From: an uncultured Chloroflexia bacterium
Lineage (GTDB): Bacteria; Chloroflexota; Limnocylindria; QHBO01
Reading direction: 5' to 3'
Assembly: GCA_963814375.1 (NCBI GenBank)
Contig: CAWFCQ010000008.1
Span: 256,001 to 320,000 of the forward strand
DNA: 64,000 nucleotides
Below, one piece after another: positions 1-19,903 of the stretch; the stretch's first letter is position 1; every line of letters starts with the position of its first letter. The notes below the pieces were generated by a model that saw only the letters and a list, made by a program, of their open reading frames with translations, was not told where the DNA came from and made no database searches. The position numbers and the translations under genes are program-made.

Positions 1-12
1 ACACTCGGCTCG

Positions 13-42
13 TTGACTGCGACCGAGCGAGTCGGGTAAGAT
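13..42 (+). promoter_or_regulatory. Putative sigma70 promoter upstream of rpmG
   Basis: TTGACT (13-18), N18, TAAGAT (37-42). Confidence 0.5.
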
Positions 43-140
43 CACACGACCTCCCCCGGTCGCCAGGCTTATTTCAGTGTGGCCGCGGATCAGTTGGATT
101 CGGCCGACGGGCGCGGGGGACGAAGTAGGAAACGAACCAC

Positions 141-305
141 GTGGCAAAGGCCGAGAATCGAGCTGTGATCTCGCTGGCGTGCACCGTGTGCAAGGAGCGC
201 ACGTACAGCACCCGGAAGAACAAGCGAAACGACCCGGGGCGCATGGAGCTGAACAAGTTCTGCCCGCGCTGCCGGCAGCACCAGCTGCACCGGGAAACCA
301 AGTAG
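141..305 (+). CDS. rpmG: 50S ribosomal protein L33, Zn-binding form
   Basis: Translated by hand (not in ORF track): [54 protein letters not shown]; two CxxC motifs; canonical position before tRNA-Trp and secE. Confidence 0.95.
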   Translation: MAKAENRAVISLACTVCKERTYSTRKNKRNDPGRMELNKFCPRCRQHQLHRETK

Positions 306-321
306 CCGTCGCGTTCCGTGT

Positions 322-397
322 AGGGGTGTAGCTCAATTGGTAGAGCACTGGTCTCCAAAACCAGCGGTTGCAGGTTCGAGTCCTGTCGCCCCTGCCA
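322..397 (+). tRNA. tRNA-Trp (CCA)
   Basis: 76 nt; acceptor stem AGGGGTG/CGCCCCT; D arm TAGCTCAATTGGTAGAGC; anticodon loop CTCCAAA; GTTCGAG T-loop; encoded 3' CCA. Confidence 0.97.
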
Positions 398-451
398 CCT
401 CACGGACGCATCGGCTCGCCATCACGCAGCCATAGGAAGAACCAAGCCATC

Positions 452-637
452 GTGTTGACCGGCGTTCGCCGATACCTGGTCGAGAGCTGGGCCGAGCTCA
501 AGAAGGTCGCCTGGCCGACTCGCGAGACCGTGATCCGCCTGACCCTCTTGGTCGTGGCCGTCTCGATCGCCGTGGGCCTCTACATCTTCGTGCTGGACAC
601 CATCTTCAACAACGTGCTCGAGGCACTGCTCCCATGA
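452..637 (+). CDS. secE: Preprotein translocase subunit SecE
   Basis: [10 protein letters not shown] motif followed by one TM helix; GTG start after AGGAAG; ATGA overlap with nusG. Confidence 0.92.
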   Translation: MLTGVRRYLVESWAELKKVAWPTRETVIRLTLLVVAVSIAVGLYIFVLDTIFNNVLEALLP

Positions 638-1254
638 CCGACGACATCCAGCAGGAGACCCTGAACGAGGCGCGCGAAGCCGCGCGGCTCTCCCGTGAGG
701 CACCGCGGCCGGGCGAGATGCCGGCCGGCGACGCGAAGCAGTGGTACGTGATCCACACCTACTCGGGCTACGAGAACAAGGTGAAGGCAAATCTCGAGCA
801 CCGCATCGAGTCGATGGGCGTGGAGGACCAGATCTTCCAGGTCCTCGTCCCGATGGAGGAGGAGATCGAGATCCGCAACGGCCAGCGCCAGACGGTGAAC
901 CGCAAGGTGTTCCCGGGCTACGTGCTGGTCGAGATGGCGATGAGCGACGAGTCGTGGTACGTCGTGCGCAACACGCCGGGCGTGACCAGCTTCGTCGGCT
1001 CGGGCAACCGCCCGCTGCCGCTGGACGAGACCGAGGTCAAGAAGATCCTCAAGCAGATGGGGGTCGAGACGCCGAAGTTCAAGGTCCAGTACTCCAAGGG
1101 CCAGAGCGTCCGGGTCAAGGACGGGCCGTTCGCCGAGTTCATCGGCACCGTGGACGAAGTCAACCCGGAGAAGAACAAGGTCAAGGTGCTCGTCAGCATC
1201 TTCGGCCGCGAGACACCCGTCGAGCTCGACTTCCTTCAGATCGAGAAGCTCTAG
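634..1254 (+). CDS. nusG: Transcription termination/antitermination factor NusG
   Basis: [26 protein letters not shown] motif [17 protein letters not shown]. Confidence 0.98.
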   Translation: MTDDIQQETLNEAREAARLSREAPRPGEMPAGDAKQWYVIHTYSGYENKVKANLEHRIESMGVEDQIFQVLVPMEEEIEIRNGQRQTVNRKVFPGYVLVEMAMSDESWYVVRNTPGVTSFVGSGNRPLPLDETEVKKILKQMGVETPKFKVQYSKGQSVRVKDGPFAEFIGTVDEVNPEKNKVKVLVSIFGRETPVELDFLQIEKL

Positions 1255-1305
1255 CAACCGAGACCGATACGGCGCCGATCGGGTCGACCGGGGCGCCGCC
1301 AGCAA

Positions 1306-1342
1306 CGAGAGGGAGGGGCGCATCGGCCCCGTCCGGACCTCG
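1306..1342 (+). promoter_or_regulatory. Possible L1-binding autoregulatory hairpin ahead of rplK
   Basis: CGAG...GGGAGGGGC-loop-GCCCC...CTCG interrupted stem next to the rplK SD (GAGGAG); GGGAG motif and position fit an L1 operator (inference). Confidence 0.35.
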
Positions 1343-1353
1343 AGAGGAGACAC

Positions 1354-1782
1354 ATGGCGAAGAAGATCAGGGCGATGCTGAAGGTGCAGGCGCCCGCCGG
1401 CGCCGCCACCGCCGCCCCGCCCGTCGGGCCGGCGCTCGGCCAGCACGGCATCAACATCATGGAGTTCATCAAGGCCTTCAACGAGCGCACCGCCGATCTG
1501 CGCGGCTACGTCGTCCCGGCCGAGATCACCGTCTACGAGGACCGCTCGTTCACGTTCGTGACAAAGGCTCCGCTTGCCGCTGCGCTGCTCAAGCGCGCCG
1601 CCGGCGTCGAGTCGGGCAGCTCGCAGCCGAACCGCGACAAGGTCGGCCAGGTCACGCGCGCGCAGCTGCGCGAGATCGCGACCGTCAAGATGGCGGACCT
1701 CAACGCCAACACCGTCGAGCAGGCAATGAAGATCATCGAGGGCACCGCGCGCTCGATGGGCATCGAGGTCGCCCAGTCATGA
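1354..1782 (+). CDS. rplK: 50S ribosomal protein L11
   Basis: [17 protein letters not shown]; [10 protein letters not shown]. Confidence 0.98.
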   Translation: MAKKIRAMLKVQAPAGAATAAPPVGPALGQHGINIMEFIKAFNERTADLRGYVVPAEITVYEDRSFTFVTKAPLAAALLKRAAGVESGSSQPNRDKVGQVTRAQLREIATVKMADLNANTVEQAMKIIEGTARSMGIEVAQS

Positions 1783-2483
1783 CGCACGGACGCAAGTACA
1801 CCGAGGCGGCCAAGCTCGTCGAGCCCGACCGCCGCTACGAGATCGCCGAGGCAGCCGAGCTGCTGCCGAAGCTGTCGATCAGCAAGTTCGACGGTACCGT
1901 CGAGGCGCATCTGCGCCTGGGCGTCGATCCGCGCCACGCCGACCAGCTGGTGCGCGGGACGGTCGTTCTCCCGCATGGCACCGGCAAGGCATCCCGCGTC
2001 ATCGTCTTCGCCCAGGGCGAGAAGGCCCAGGAAGCGCTCCGCGCGGGTGCGGACGAGGTCGGCGGTGACGATCTCGTCAAGAGGATCGACGCCGGCTGGT
2101 TCGATTTCGACGTCGCCATCGCGACGCCCGACATGATGGGCACGGTCGGCCGTCTCGGGAAGAAGCTCGGCCCGCGCGGCCTGATGCCGAACCCGAAGTC
2201 CGGCACCGTGACCTTCGACATCGAGCGCGCCGTCGGCGAGATCAAGTCGGGCCGAATCGAGTTCAAGGTCGACCGGGCGGGGATCGTCCACGCACCCGTC
2301 GGCCGTGCCTCGTTCACGCCCGAGCAGCTGGCCGCAAACGTCGCCACGCTGGTGGACGCCATCAACCGGGCCAAGCCATCGGGCGCCAAGGGCACATACA
2401 TGCGCACGCTGACCCTGGCCCCGACCATGGGCCCGGGCGTGCGCGTCGACATCCCGTCGGCGCTCGCTGCGGCCAACGCCTAG
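1779..2483 (+). CDS. rplA: 50S ribosomal protein L1
   Basis: ATG overlaps rplK stop; [27 protein letters not shown]. Confidence 0.98.
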   Translation: MTHGRKYTEAAKLVEPDRRYEIAEAAELLPKLSISKFDGTVEAHLRLGVDPRHADQLVRGTVVLPHGTGKASRVIVFAQGEKAQEALRAGADEVGGDDLVKRIDAGWFDFDVAIATPDMMGTVGRLGKKLGPRGLMPNPKSGTVTFDIERAVGEIKSGRIEFKVDRAGIVHAPVGRASFTPEQLAANVATLVDAINRAKPSGAKGTYMRTLTLAPTMGPGVRVDIPSALAAANA

Positions 2484-2539
2484 GGCCGTCGCAGGACGGA
2501 TGTCGAGCGCATCGGCTAGGATGCGAACTCGACAACCGA

Positions 2540-2690
2540 AGAAGCCGAAGACCGCGATGTGCCCGGGTGAGACCCCCGGCCAATCGTCGGCGCTGTAACC
2601 ATCCAGACGCCGCGGCACGCGCAGGCACGAATGAACGACTCGCCTCACGGCGGTTCTCGTGTCGCGCACGCAGGACCGCCGTTTTGATTT
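2540..2690 (+). promoter_or_regulatory. L10 leader-like cis-regulatory RNA with attenuator hairpin
   Basis: CCGAAGAC...GCAGG elements upstream of rplJ; hairpin ACGGCGGTTCTCGTG/CACGCAGGACCGCCGT (2647-2682) followed by TTTGATTT. Confidence 0.6.
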
Positions 2691-2732
2691 GCCCGTAATC
2701 AGCTGCCTCAGGGAGGACGAGAAGAAGAACCG

Positions 2733-3269
2733 ATGCCGACCGATGTCAAGCGCCAGGCCGTCGCCGAGCTTGCGGAGAAGCTCCGCAGCAGCTCCGCCAT
2801 GGCCGTGGCCGACTACCGGGGCCTCACGGTCTCGGAGATGCAGTCGGTCCGGAGGACGCTCCGCGAGAGCGGCGTCCAGCTCACCATCGCCAAGAACCGC
2901 CTGCTGAAGATCGCCGCCGACGAGGCGGAGCGCGCCGAGCTCAAGCCGATGCTCACGGGGCCGACCGCCCTGGCCACGATCGACGGTGACGAGGCGGCCA
3001 TGGCGAAGGCGCTGGCCGATGCCTTCCGACCGTACTCCCGCACCGTCACCGTCCGCGGTGGCATGCTCGGCAGCCAGGCGATCGACGCATCGCAGCTGAC
3101 CCGGCTGGCGACGCTCCCGTCGCGCGAGGTCCTGCTCGGCAAGATCGCCGGCGGGATGGCCGCACCGCTGACCGGCATGGCCGGCGTGCTTGCCGCGAAC
3201 CTGCGCAACCTCGTGGGCGTTCTCAGCGCCGTTGCCGACAAGAAGCAGCAGACCCAAGACGCGGCCTGA
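2733..3269 (+). CDS. rplJ: 50S ribosomal protein L10
   Basis: [26 protein letters not shown]. Confidence 0.97.
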   Translation: MPTDVKRQAVAELAEKLRSSSAMAVADYRGLTVSEMQSVRRTLRESGVQLTIAKNRLLKIAADEAERAELKPMLTGPTALATIDGDEAAMAKALADAFRPYSRTVTVRGGMLGSQAIDASQLTRLATLPSREVLLGKIAGGMAAPLTGMAGVLAANLRNLVGVLSAVADKKQQTQDAA

Positions 3270-3303
3270 CGGTCGCCAAGCAACCACAGGAGAACCGATA
3301 CCG

Positions 3304-3702
3304 ATGGCGACCAAGACCCTGGACAAGGACCAGATCCTCGAGGCGATCGACACGATGACCGTCCTCGAGCTGAGCGAGCTGGTGAAGGCCTTCGAGGAGC
3401 GCTACGGCGTGACCGCGGCCGCCCCGGTTGCTGCCGCTGCCGCCCCCGCCGCGGGTGGCGACGGTGCAGCCGCCGCGGCAACCGAGGAGCAGACCGAGTT
3501 CGAGGCGCTCCTGACCGATGTCGGCGCCAACAAGATCCTCGTCATCAAGGCCGTCCGCGAGCTGACCGGCCTGGGCCTCAAGGAGGCCAAGGACCTCGTC
3601 GACGCCGCCCCCAAGGCGGTGAAGGAGGGCGTCACCAAGGAGGAGGCCGAGGCGGCCAAGGAGAAGCTGGCAGAGGCCGGCGCGACCGTCGAGGTCAAGT
3701 AG
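3304..3702 (+). CDS. rplL: 50S ribosomal protein L7/L12
   Basis: [15 protein letters not shown]; [18 protein letters not shown]; SD AGGAG. Confidence 0.98.
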   Translation: MATKTLDKDQILEAIDTMTVLELSELVKAFEERYGVTAAAPVAAAAAPAAGGDGAAAAATEEQTEFEALLTDVGANKILVIKAVRELTGLGLKEAKDLVDAAPKAVKEGVTKEEAEAAKEKLAEAGATVEVK

Positions 3703-3721
3703 CTCCCACTTCCGCGAACCG

Positions 3722-3752
3722 GGCCGGCCCACTGGGGCCGGCCTCTTCGTTT
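3722..3752 (+). terminator. Intrinsic terminator after rplL
   Basis: GGCCGGCCC-ACTG-GGGCCGGCC followed by TCTTCGTTT. Confidence 0.75.
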
Positions 3753-3764
3753 CCGCCTGTGCGG

Positions 3765-3884
3765 GACCGATAGATCGGACGAAATCGCACGCGAAGCCCT
3801 GATCCGGTGACATCGCGACCGATAGATCGGACCAAATCGCACATGAGCTCGTGGTCCGGTGAAATCCTGACCGAAGGATCGGAC
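3765..3884. repeat. 52-bp tandem repeat, about 2.3 copies, with palindromic core
   Basis: Units start at 3765, 3817 and 3869; GACCGATAGATCGGAC twice, then GACCGAAGGATCGGAC. Confidence 0.85.
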
Positions 3885-3943
3885 AGGTCATTTCGCTATT
3901 CGACGGACCTACGGGAGACCGCGACCGTCCGGCGCGGATGCCC

Positions 3944-3983
3944 CGACCGCTTCAGTTGACGAAGCGGTCGAGCGTGATATAGT
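3944..3983 (+). promoter_or_regulatory. rpoB promoter with -35 box inside a perfect 10-bp inverted repeat
   Basis: TTGACG (3956-3961), N16, TATAGT (3978-3983) with extended -10 TG; arms CGACCGCTTC and GAAGCGGTCG. Confidence 0.7.
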
Positions 3984-4032
3984 TTCCGTTCGCGTGTCCG
4001 CGCCTCACCCTGCCTTCCTCCAGGAGTACTGA

Positions 4033-7512
<3,480 letters not shown>

Positions 7513-7636
7513 TCGCGGCGCGGCGCCGGCGGGGCGTCGCGCAAGAAAGCCATCGGTCTATCTCAGCCCGGGCCTGGTCAGCCCGCGGTCAACCCGAGCC
7601 ACGGGCGGCGCGCAGCCGCAGGAGTCGTAGCAGCTC

Positions 7637-12106
<4,470 letters not shown>

Positions 12107-12126
12107 AGCTCCCAGCGATCCGACGC

Positions 12127-12157
12127 GAAGGGCGGCCTCATGGCCGCCCTTCCTCTT
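12127..12157 (+). terminator. Hairpin terminator after rpoC
   Basis: GAAGGGCGGCC-TCAT-GGCCGCCCTTC then CTCTT. Confidence 0.7.
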
Positions 12158-12182
12158 GGGCGCCTCACCGGCGGCCATCGGT

Positions 12183-12334
12183 CTCGAAGCGCCCACATTC
12201 ACATGGAGTGGGCGTTGACCGGTGAGATTCGCCCTCGAGCGTCCGGATTCACATCGGGTGGGCGCCAACGGCCCGTTCGGGCCGTTCGAGCGATTCCAGG
12301 GCTGCTACGGCCCACGTGGTGTGAATCCGGACGC
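12183..12334. repeat. Composite direct/inverted repeat element between rpoC and rpsL
   Basis: GCGTCCGGATTCACA at 12239 and its exact reverse complement ending at 12334; degenerate direct copy about 50 bp upstream; inner hairpin AACGGCCC-GTTC-GGGCCGTT. Confidence 0.7.
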
Positions 12335-12355
12335 CTCAACTGCAAGGGCCCTCGA

Positions 12356-12385
12356 TTGACACTGAGCACCGTGCTTCCGTATACT
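12356..12385 (+). promoter_or_regulatory. str operon sigma70 promoter
   Basis: TTGACA (12356-12361), N18, TATACT (12380-12385). Confidence 0.75.
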
Positions 12386-12554
12386 TCGCAGCCGGTGTCC
12401 CGCCCGCGGGACGCCTTCGTGTGTGCCCCCGGCATGAGCCGAATGCTTGGCCGATTGGGCAGCCCATACCGGCCTCCCTGCCGGATCACCATGGGCGCCA
12501 TCGGGGCCATCGATTCACTCAGTAGCAGCACGCGATACGAACGCGAGGTTCTCG

Positions 12555-12974
12555 TTGCCAACGATCAGCCAGCTGGTCCGCAAGGGTCGAAAGCCGGCCG
12601 TCAAGAAGGTGAAGGCTCCGGCGCTGCGCCGTACGCTGAACACCCTCAAGCAGACCACGTCTGAGGGACGCGGCGCGCCGCAGCGGCGGGGCGTCTGCCT
12701 GCAGGTCATGACGCGCACCCCGAAGAAGCCGAACTCGGCGCTTCGGAAGGTGGCGCGCGTCCGGCTGACCAACGGGATGGAGGTCACTGCCTATATCCCG
12801 GGCGTCGGTCACAACCTCCAGGAGCACTCGATGGTCCTCGTCCGTGGCGGTCGCGTGAAGGACCTTCCGGCGGTGAAGTACCACATCATCCGTGGCACCC
12901 TCGACGCCGCCGGCGTCCGCGATCGCCGGCAGAGCCGCAGCAAGTACGGCGCGAAGTCGCCGGGCAAGAGCTAG
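12555..12974 (+). CDS. rpsL: 30S ribosomal protein S12
   Basis: TTG start [12 protein letters not shown]; [11 protein letters not shown]; GGRVKDLP. Confidence 0.98.
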   Translation: MPTISQLVRKGRKPAVKKVKAPALRRTLNTLKQTTSEGRGAPQRRGVCLQVMTRTPKKPNSALRKVARVRLTNGMEVTAYIPGVGHNLQEHSMVLVRGGRVKDLPAVKYHIIRGTLDAAGVRDRRQSRSKYGAKSPGKS

Positions 12975-12978
12975 ACCG

Positions 12979-13452
12979 ATGCCACGACGTCCCACCATCG
13001 CGCGCAAGACGAAGTACGCCGAGCAGCTGACCGGCACGGCGCTGACGCTCGACCAGTTCACGAACAAGCTGATGCACGGCGGCAAGCGCCACCTGGCGCA
13101 TCGGATCCTCGAGGGTGCTCTCGCTCGCTGTGAGTCCCAGGCGGGCCGCGCCGGCGTCGAGGTGCTCGAGCAGGCGCTGCGCAACGCGATGCCGCTCATC
13201 GAGGTCAAGCCCAAGCGCGTCGGTGGCTCGACCTACCAGATCCCGGTCGAGGTCCGCGCCGACCGTCGGGTCAGCCTCGGCATGCGCTGGCTCATCGAGT
13301 CCGCTCGCAAGCGCAACGGCAAGAGCATGTCCGACAAGCTCGCGGCCGAGCTGATGGATGCCAGCAACGGCATCGGCGCGGCCGTGAAGCGACGCGAGGA
13401 CACCCACCGCATGGCGGAGGCGAACCGCGCCTTCAGCCACTTCAAGTGGTAG
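12979..13452 (+). CDS. rpsG: 30S ribosomal protein S7
   Basis: [13 protein letters not shown]; [13 protein letters not shown]. Confidence 0.97.
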   Translation: MPRRPTIARKTKYAEQLTGTALTLDQFTNKLMHGGKRHLAHRILEGALARCESQAGRAGVEVLEQALRNAMPLIEVKPKRVGGSTYQIPVEVRADRRVSLGMRWLIESARKRNGKSMSDKLAAELMDASNGIGAAVKRREDTHRMAEANRAFSHFKW

Positions 13453-13456
13453 GCCG

Positions 13457-15569
<2,113 letters not shown>

Positions 15570-15602
15570 TAACGCAAACGTAGGAGCGACGAAGGACCAA
15601 TC

Positions 15603-16808
15603 ATGGCCAAGCAGAAGTTCGACCGCAGCAAGCCGCACGTGAACGTCGGGACCATCGGTCATGTCGACCACGGGAAGACGACGCTGACCGCGGCGATCAC
15701 CAAGTTCCTGTCACTCTCGGGCGGTGCGGACTTCCGCGCCTTCGACCAGATCGACAACGCCCCCGAGGAGCGGCAGCGCGGCATCACGATCGCCATCAGC
15801 CACGTCGAGTACCAGACGGCGAACCGCCACTACGCGCACGTCGACTGCCCGGGTCACGCGGACTACATCAAGAACATGATCACCGGCGCCGCGCAGATGG
15901 ACGGCGCGATCCTGGTCGTGTCGGCCGCCGATGGCCCGATGCCGCAGACGCGCGAGCACATCCTCCTGGCCCGACAGGTCGAGGTGCCGAGCCTCGTCGT
16001 CTACCTCAACAAGGTCGACATGGTCGATGACGAGATGCTCGTCGACCTGGTCGAGATGGAGGTGCGCGAGCTCCTCACCAAGTACGAGTTCCCCGGCGAG
16101 GACATCCCGGTCATTCGCGGCTCGGCCCTCAAGGCCCTCGAGTCGACCAGCGATGACCCGGAGAACGCCGACTACGCCTCCATCAAGGAGCTGATGGACG
16201 CCGTCGACTCCTACATCCCGACCCCGGCCCGCGAGACCGAGAAGCCCTTCCTCATGCCGATCGAGGACGTCTTCGGCATCAAGGGTCGCGGCACGGTCGC
16301 CACCGGCCGCATCGAGCGCGGCGTCGTCAACACCGGCGACACCGTCGAGCTGGTCGGCATCCACCAGGACAAGGCTCGCCAGCTGGTGGTGACCGGCGTC
16401 GAGATGTTCAAGAAGACCCTCGACACCGGCGAGGCCGGTGACAACGTCGGCCTCCTCCTGCGCGGCATCGAGCGCGACGAGCTCGAGCGCGGCCAGGTGC
16501 TGGCCAAGCCCGGCACGGTCAAGCCGGGCACGAAGTTCAAGGCCGAGGTGCTCGTGCTCTCCAAGGAGGAGGGCGGCCGCCACACGCCGTTCTACGCCGG
16601 CTACCGGCCGCAGTTCTACCTGCGCACCACGGACGTGACCGGCGCGATCATCCTGCCCGCGGGCGTCGAGATGATCATGCCGGGCGACAACGTCAACATC
16701 GACGTCGAGCTGATCACCCCGATCGCCATCGAGCAGGGCCAGCGCTTCGCGATTCGCGAGGGTGGCCACACCGTCGGCGCGGGCGTGATCACCGAGGTCG
16801 CCGGCTAG
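15603..16808 (+). CDS. tuf: Elongation factor Tu
   Basis: [35 protein letters not shown]. Confidence 0.99.
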   Translation: MAKQKFDRSKPHVNVGTIGHVDHGKTTLTAAITKFLSLSGGADFRAFDQIDNAPEERQRGITIAISHVEYQTANRHYAHVDCPGHADYIKNMITGAAQMDGAILVVSAADGPMPQTREHILLARQVEVPSLVVYLNKVDMVDDEMLVDLVEMEVRELLTKYEFPGEDIPVIRGSALKALESTSDDPENADYASIKELMDAVDSYIPTPARETEKPFLMPIEDVFGIKGRGTVATGRIERGVVNTGDTVELVGIHQDKARQLVVTGVEMFKKTLDTGEAGDNVGLLLRGIERDELERGQVLAKPGTVKPGTKFKAEVLVLSKEEGGRHTPFYAGYRPQFYLRTTDVTGAIILPAGVEMIMPGDNVNIDVELITPIAIEQGQRFAIREGGHTVGAGVITEVAG

Positions 16809-16814
16809 CCCGCC

Positions 16815-17123
16815 ATGGCAAAGCAGCGCATTCGCATCCGTCTCAAGGCGTACGACCACAAGCTGCTCGACCAGTCGGCCGAGCAGATCGTGGAGACCGC
16901 GCAGCGGACCGGCGCCGACGTCGCCGGCCCGGTCCCGTTGCCGACCCGTATCGAGAAGTACACCGTCATTCGCGGCCCGTTCGTCCACAAGGACGGCCGG
17001 GAGCAGTTCGAGATCCGGACCCACAAGCGCCTCATCGACATCATCGACCCGTCCACCAAGACGGTCGATGCCCTGATGCGACTGTCGCTCGCGGCCGGCG
17101 TCGATATCGAGATCAAGATGTGA
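16815..17123 (+). CDS. rpsJ: 30S ribosomal protein S10
   Basis: [32 protein letters not shown]. Confidence 0.98.
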   Translation: MAKQRIRIRLKAYDHKLLDQSAEQIVETAQRTGADVAGPVPLPTRIEKYTVIRGPFVHKDGREQFEIRTHKRLIDIIDPSTKTVDALMRLSLAAGVDIEIKM

Positions 17124-17193
17124 ACTCCCGCGGATGGGCCGCATCGGTCCATCACGAGGGCGTTCCGCCATCAGTGAGAGGAACACCAGAGAA

Positions 17194-17817
17194 GTGCCGG
17201 CAGGATTGATCGGAAGGAAGCTGGGGATGACCCGCATCTTCGTGGACGACGGCAGCGTCGTCCCGGTGAGCGTCATCGAGGCGACCCCGAACACCATCAC
17301 GCGACTCCGCACCGTCGAGCAGGACGGCTATACGGCCGTGCAGCTCGGGAGCGGCAGCGCCCGCCGCGCGACGAAGCCGGTCGCCGGCCAGTTCAAGCAC
17401 CTCCCCAAGGACCAGCAGAAGCCGAAGGCGGTGCGCGAGTTCCGCCTCGAGGCCACCGACGAGTACGAGGTCGGGCAGCAGCTCGGCGTCGACCTCTTCG
17501 AGGCCGGTGAGCTGGTGGACGTCACCGGCGTGAGCAAGGGCCAGGGGTTCACCGGCGTCATCGCCCGCCACAACTTCCGCCGCGGGCCGAAGACGCACGG
17601 GTCGGACCATCATCGCGCGCCGGGCTCCATCGGCGCCGGCACCTACCCCGGTCGAGTCTGGAAGGGCACGCCGATGGCAGGGCACATGGGTGACGAGCGG
17701 GTCACGGTCAAGAAGCTCAAGGTCGTGAGGGTCGATCCGGAGCGCAACCTCATCCTGGTGAAGGGTGCGGTGCCCGGGGCGCGCAACGGCCTGCTGCTCG
17801 TGCAGAAGGCGAAGTAG
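17194..17817 (+). CDS. rplC: 50S ribosomal protein L3
   Basis: GRKLGMTRIF, DGYTAVQLG, HRAPGSIG, KGAVPG. Confidence 0.97.
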   Translation: MPAGLIGRKLGMTRIFVDDGSVVPVSVIEATPNTITRLRTVEQDGYTAVQLGSGSARRATKPVAGQFKHLPKDQQKPKAVREFRLEATDEYEVGQQLGVDLFEAGELVDVTGVSKGQGFTGVIARHNFRRGPKTHGSDHHRAPGSIGAGTYPGRVWKGTPMAGHMGDERVTVKKLKVVRVDPERNLILVKGAVPGARNGLLLVQKAK

Positions 17818-17820
17818 ACG

Positions 17821-18468
17821 ATGGCCCAGAAAAAGCCCACGGCCAGCACCACGGCCACGATCCTCAAGGCGGACGGCAAGGAGGCAGGGTCGGTGGACCT
17901 TCCCGAGACGCTGTTCGCTGCACCGATCAACGAGAGCCTCATCCACCAGGCCGTGCTGCGGCAGCTGGCGGGTCGCCGCATCGGCACCGCCGACACGCTG
18001 ACCCGCGGCGAGGTGCACGGCGGCGGCAAGAAGCCGTGGCGCCAGAAGGGCACCGGCCGCGCCCGCCAGGGCACCAAGACGGCCCCGCAGTGGGCCGGCG
18101 GCGGCGTGGTCTTCGGCCCGCACCCGCGCAGCTACGAGCAGCGCATGCCACTGAAGATGCGTCGCAGCGCCCTGCGCGGCGTGCTCAGCGCCAAGCAGGC
18201 CGACGGCGCGCTCCGTGTGGTCGAGGGCTTCGACCTCGGCGAGATCAAGACGAAGGCGATGATCGAGCGGCTCTCGGCGTGGGACGCGGGCGGCAAGGTG
18301 CTGCTCGTGCTCAACAACCGCGACGAGGCGATCGAGCGATCCGCTCGCAACCTGCGCGAGGTGCGCATCATCCTCGCCGACAGCCTCAATGTGGTCGACC
18401 TGCTCGAGGCCGACACCGTGGTCTTCACCCGCGAGGCGCTTGACCGTGCGCAGGAGGTGTACGCGTGA
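17821..18468 (+). CDS. rplD: 50S ribosomal protein L4
   Basis: KPWRQKGTGRARQG; GGGVVFGP. Confidence 0.98.
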   Translation: MAQKKPTASTTATILKADGKEAGSVDLPETLFAAPINESLIHQAVLRQLAGRRIGTADTLTRGEVHGGGKKPWRQKGTGRARQGTKTAPQWAGGGVVFGPHPRSYEQRMPLKMRRSALRGVLSAKQADGALRVVEGFDLGEIKTKAMIERLSAWDAGGKVLLVLNNRDEAIERSARNLREVRIILADSLNVVDLLEADTVVFTREALDRAQEVYA

Positions 18469-18761
18469 CCGCGATCAACCTGCACGACGTGCTGCTGCGC
18501 CCGGTGATCAGCGAGAAGAGCACGCTCGAGACCGAACGCAATAACTACACCTTTGCGGTCGCGCGCGATGCGAACAAGTTCCTCATCAAGGCCGCCGTCG
18601 AGGCGGAGTTCAAGGTGACCGTGCTCGGCGTGCGGGTCATCAGCGTGCGGCCCAAGCAGAAGCGTCGCGGCCGCAAGACCATGGGCACGGTGCCCGGCTG
18701 GAAGAAGGCCGTGGTGACGATCGCGCCCGGCGACAAGATCGAGCTCTTCGAGGCCGTGTGA
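18465..18761 (+). CDS. rplW: 50S ribosomal protein L23
   Basis: RPVISEKS; WKKAVVT; S10 operon order. Confidence 0.97.
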   Translation: MTAINLHDVLLRPVISEKSTLETERNNYTFAVARDANKFLIKAAVEAEFKVTVLGVRVISVRPKQKRRGRKTMGTVPGWKKAVVTIAPGDKIELFEAV

Positions 18762-18763
18762 CG

Positions 18764-19597
18764 ATGCCACTTCGCAACTACCGACCGACTTCGCCCGGCC
18801 TGCGCCAGATGACGCGCTCGACCTTCGAGGAGATCACGAGCGACACGCCGCACAAGCCGCTCACGGAGCGGCTCGTCCGCCACGCCGGCCGCAACAGCCA
18901 GGGCAAGCTGACGGTTCGCCACCAGGGCTCCGGCCACAAGCGTCTCTACCGGGTCATCGACTGGAAGCGCGACAAGGCCGGCGTGCCCGCCCGCATCGCG
19001 ACGGTCGAATACGACCCGAACCGATCGGCGCGGATCGGCCTGCTCCACTACGCCGATGGCGACAAGCGCTACATCCTCCTGCCGCATGGCCTGGGCGTCG
19101 GCGACACCGTCGCTTCCGGCCCCGATGTCGAGGCGCGGACCGGCAATGCCCTGCCGCTTGCCCGCATTCCGCTCGGCACCCAGGTCCACAACGTGGAGCT
19201 CGTCGCCGGACGCGGCGGTCAGATCGTGCGGAGCGCCGGCAGCAGCGCGCAGCTGCTCGCCAAGGAAGGCAACTTCGCGACGATCCGCCTGCCGTCGGGC
19301 GAGGTCCGTCGCGTGCGGATCGAGTGCATGGCCACGGTCGGCCAGGTCAGCAACCTCGACCACGAGAACCAGAAGATCGGGAAGGCCGGTCGCGCACGGC
19401 ACATGGGCAAGCGCCCGACGGTCCGCGGCTCGGCCATGAACCCGCGCGACCATCCGCACGGTGGTGGCGAGGGCAAGCAGCCGACCGGCATGCCGCCCAA
19501 GACCAAGTGGGGCAAGCCTGCCATGGGGCTGCGCACCCGCGTCAAGAAGAACAAGAGCAGCAAGCTGATCGTCCGCCGTCGGTACGGGCGGGGTTAG
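18764..19597 (+). CDS. rplB: 50S ribosomal protein L2
   Basis: [10 protein letters not shown]; [13 protein letters not shown]. Confidence 0.98.
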   Translation: MPLRNYRPTSPGLRQMTRSTFEEITSDTPHKPLTERLVRHAGRNSQGKLTVRHQGSGHKRLYRVIDWKRDKAGVPARIATVEYDPNRSARIGLLHYADGDKRYILLPHGLGVGDTVASGPDVEARTGNALPLARIPLGTQVHNVELVAGRGGQIVRSAGSSAQLLAKEGNFATIRLPSGEVRRVRIECMATVGQVSNLDHENQKIGKAGRARHMGKRPTVRGSAMNPRDHPHGGGEGKQPTGMPPKTKWGKPAMGLRTRVKKNKSSKLIVRRRYGRG

Positions 19598-19607
19598 GAG
19601 CCGATAG

Positions 19608-19895
19608 ATGAGTCGTTCCGTCAAGAAGGGACCCTTCGTCGACGCGCGCCTGCTCGGCCGCATCGACGATATGAACAAGCGCAGCGAGCGCAAGGTGCTG
19701 AAGACCTGGTCGCGGGCAAGCGTGATCTTCCCGCAGATGATCGGGCACACGATCGCCGTCCACGACGGCCGTCGCCACGTGCCGGTCTTCATCTCCGAGA
19801 ACATGGTCGGGCACCGCCTCGGCGAGTTCGCGCCAACGCGCACCTACCGCGGGCACACGGGTCGAGCCACCGAGCGCTCGACGACGCTGAAGTAG
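19608..19895 (+). CDS. rpsS: 30S ribosomal protein S19
   Basis: [10 protein letters not shown]; [13 protein letters not shown]. Confidence 0.98.
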   Translation: MSRSVKKGPFVDARLLGRIDDMNKRSERKVLKTWSRASVIFPQMIGHTIAVHDGRRHVPVFISENMVGHRLGEFAPTRTYRGHTGRATERSTTLK

Positions 19896-19903
19896 GCCAG
19901 CCG

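Noticed and set aside
741-1778. 580-aa ORF suggesting an N-terminally extended L1
   Set aside because: The upstream part is an alternate frame of nusG and rplK; the real start is ATG 1779.
3765-3884. 52-bp array as a mini-CRISPR
   Set aside because: The variable part is only about 9-12 nt, there are fewer than 3 full units, and no cas genes are in the window.
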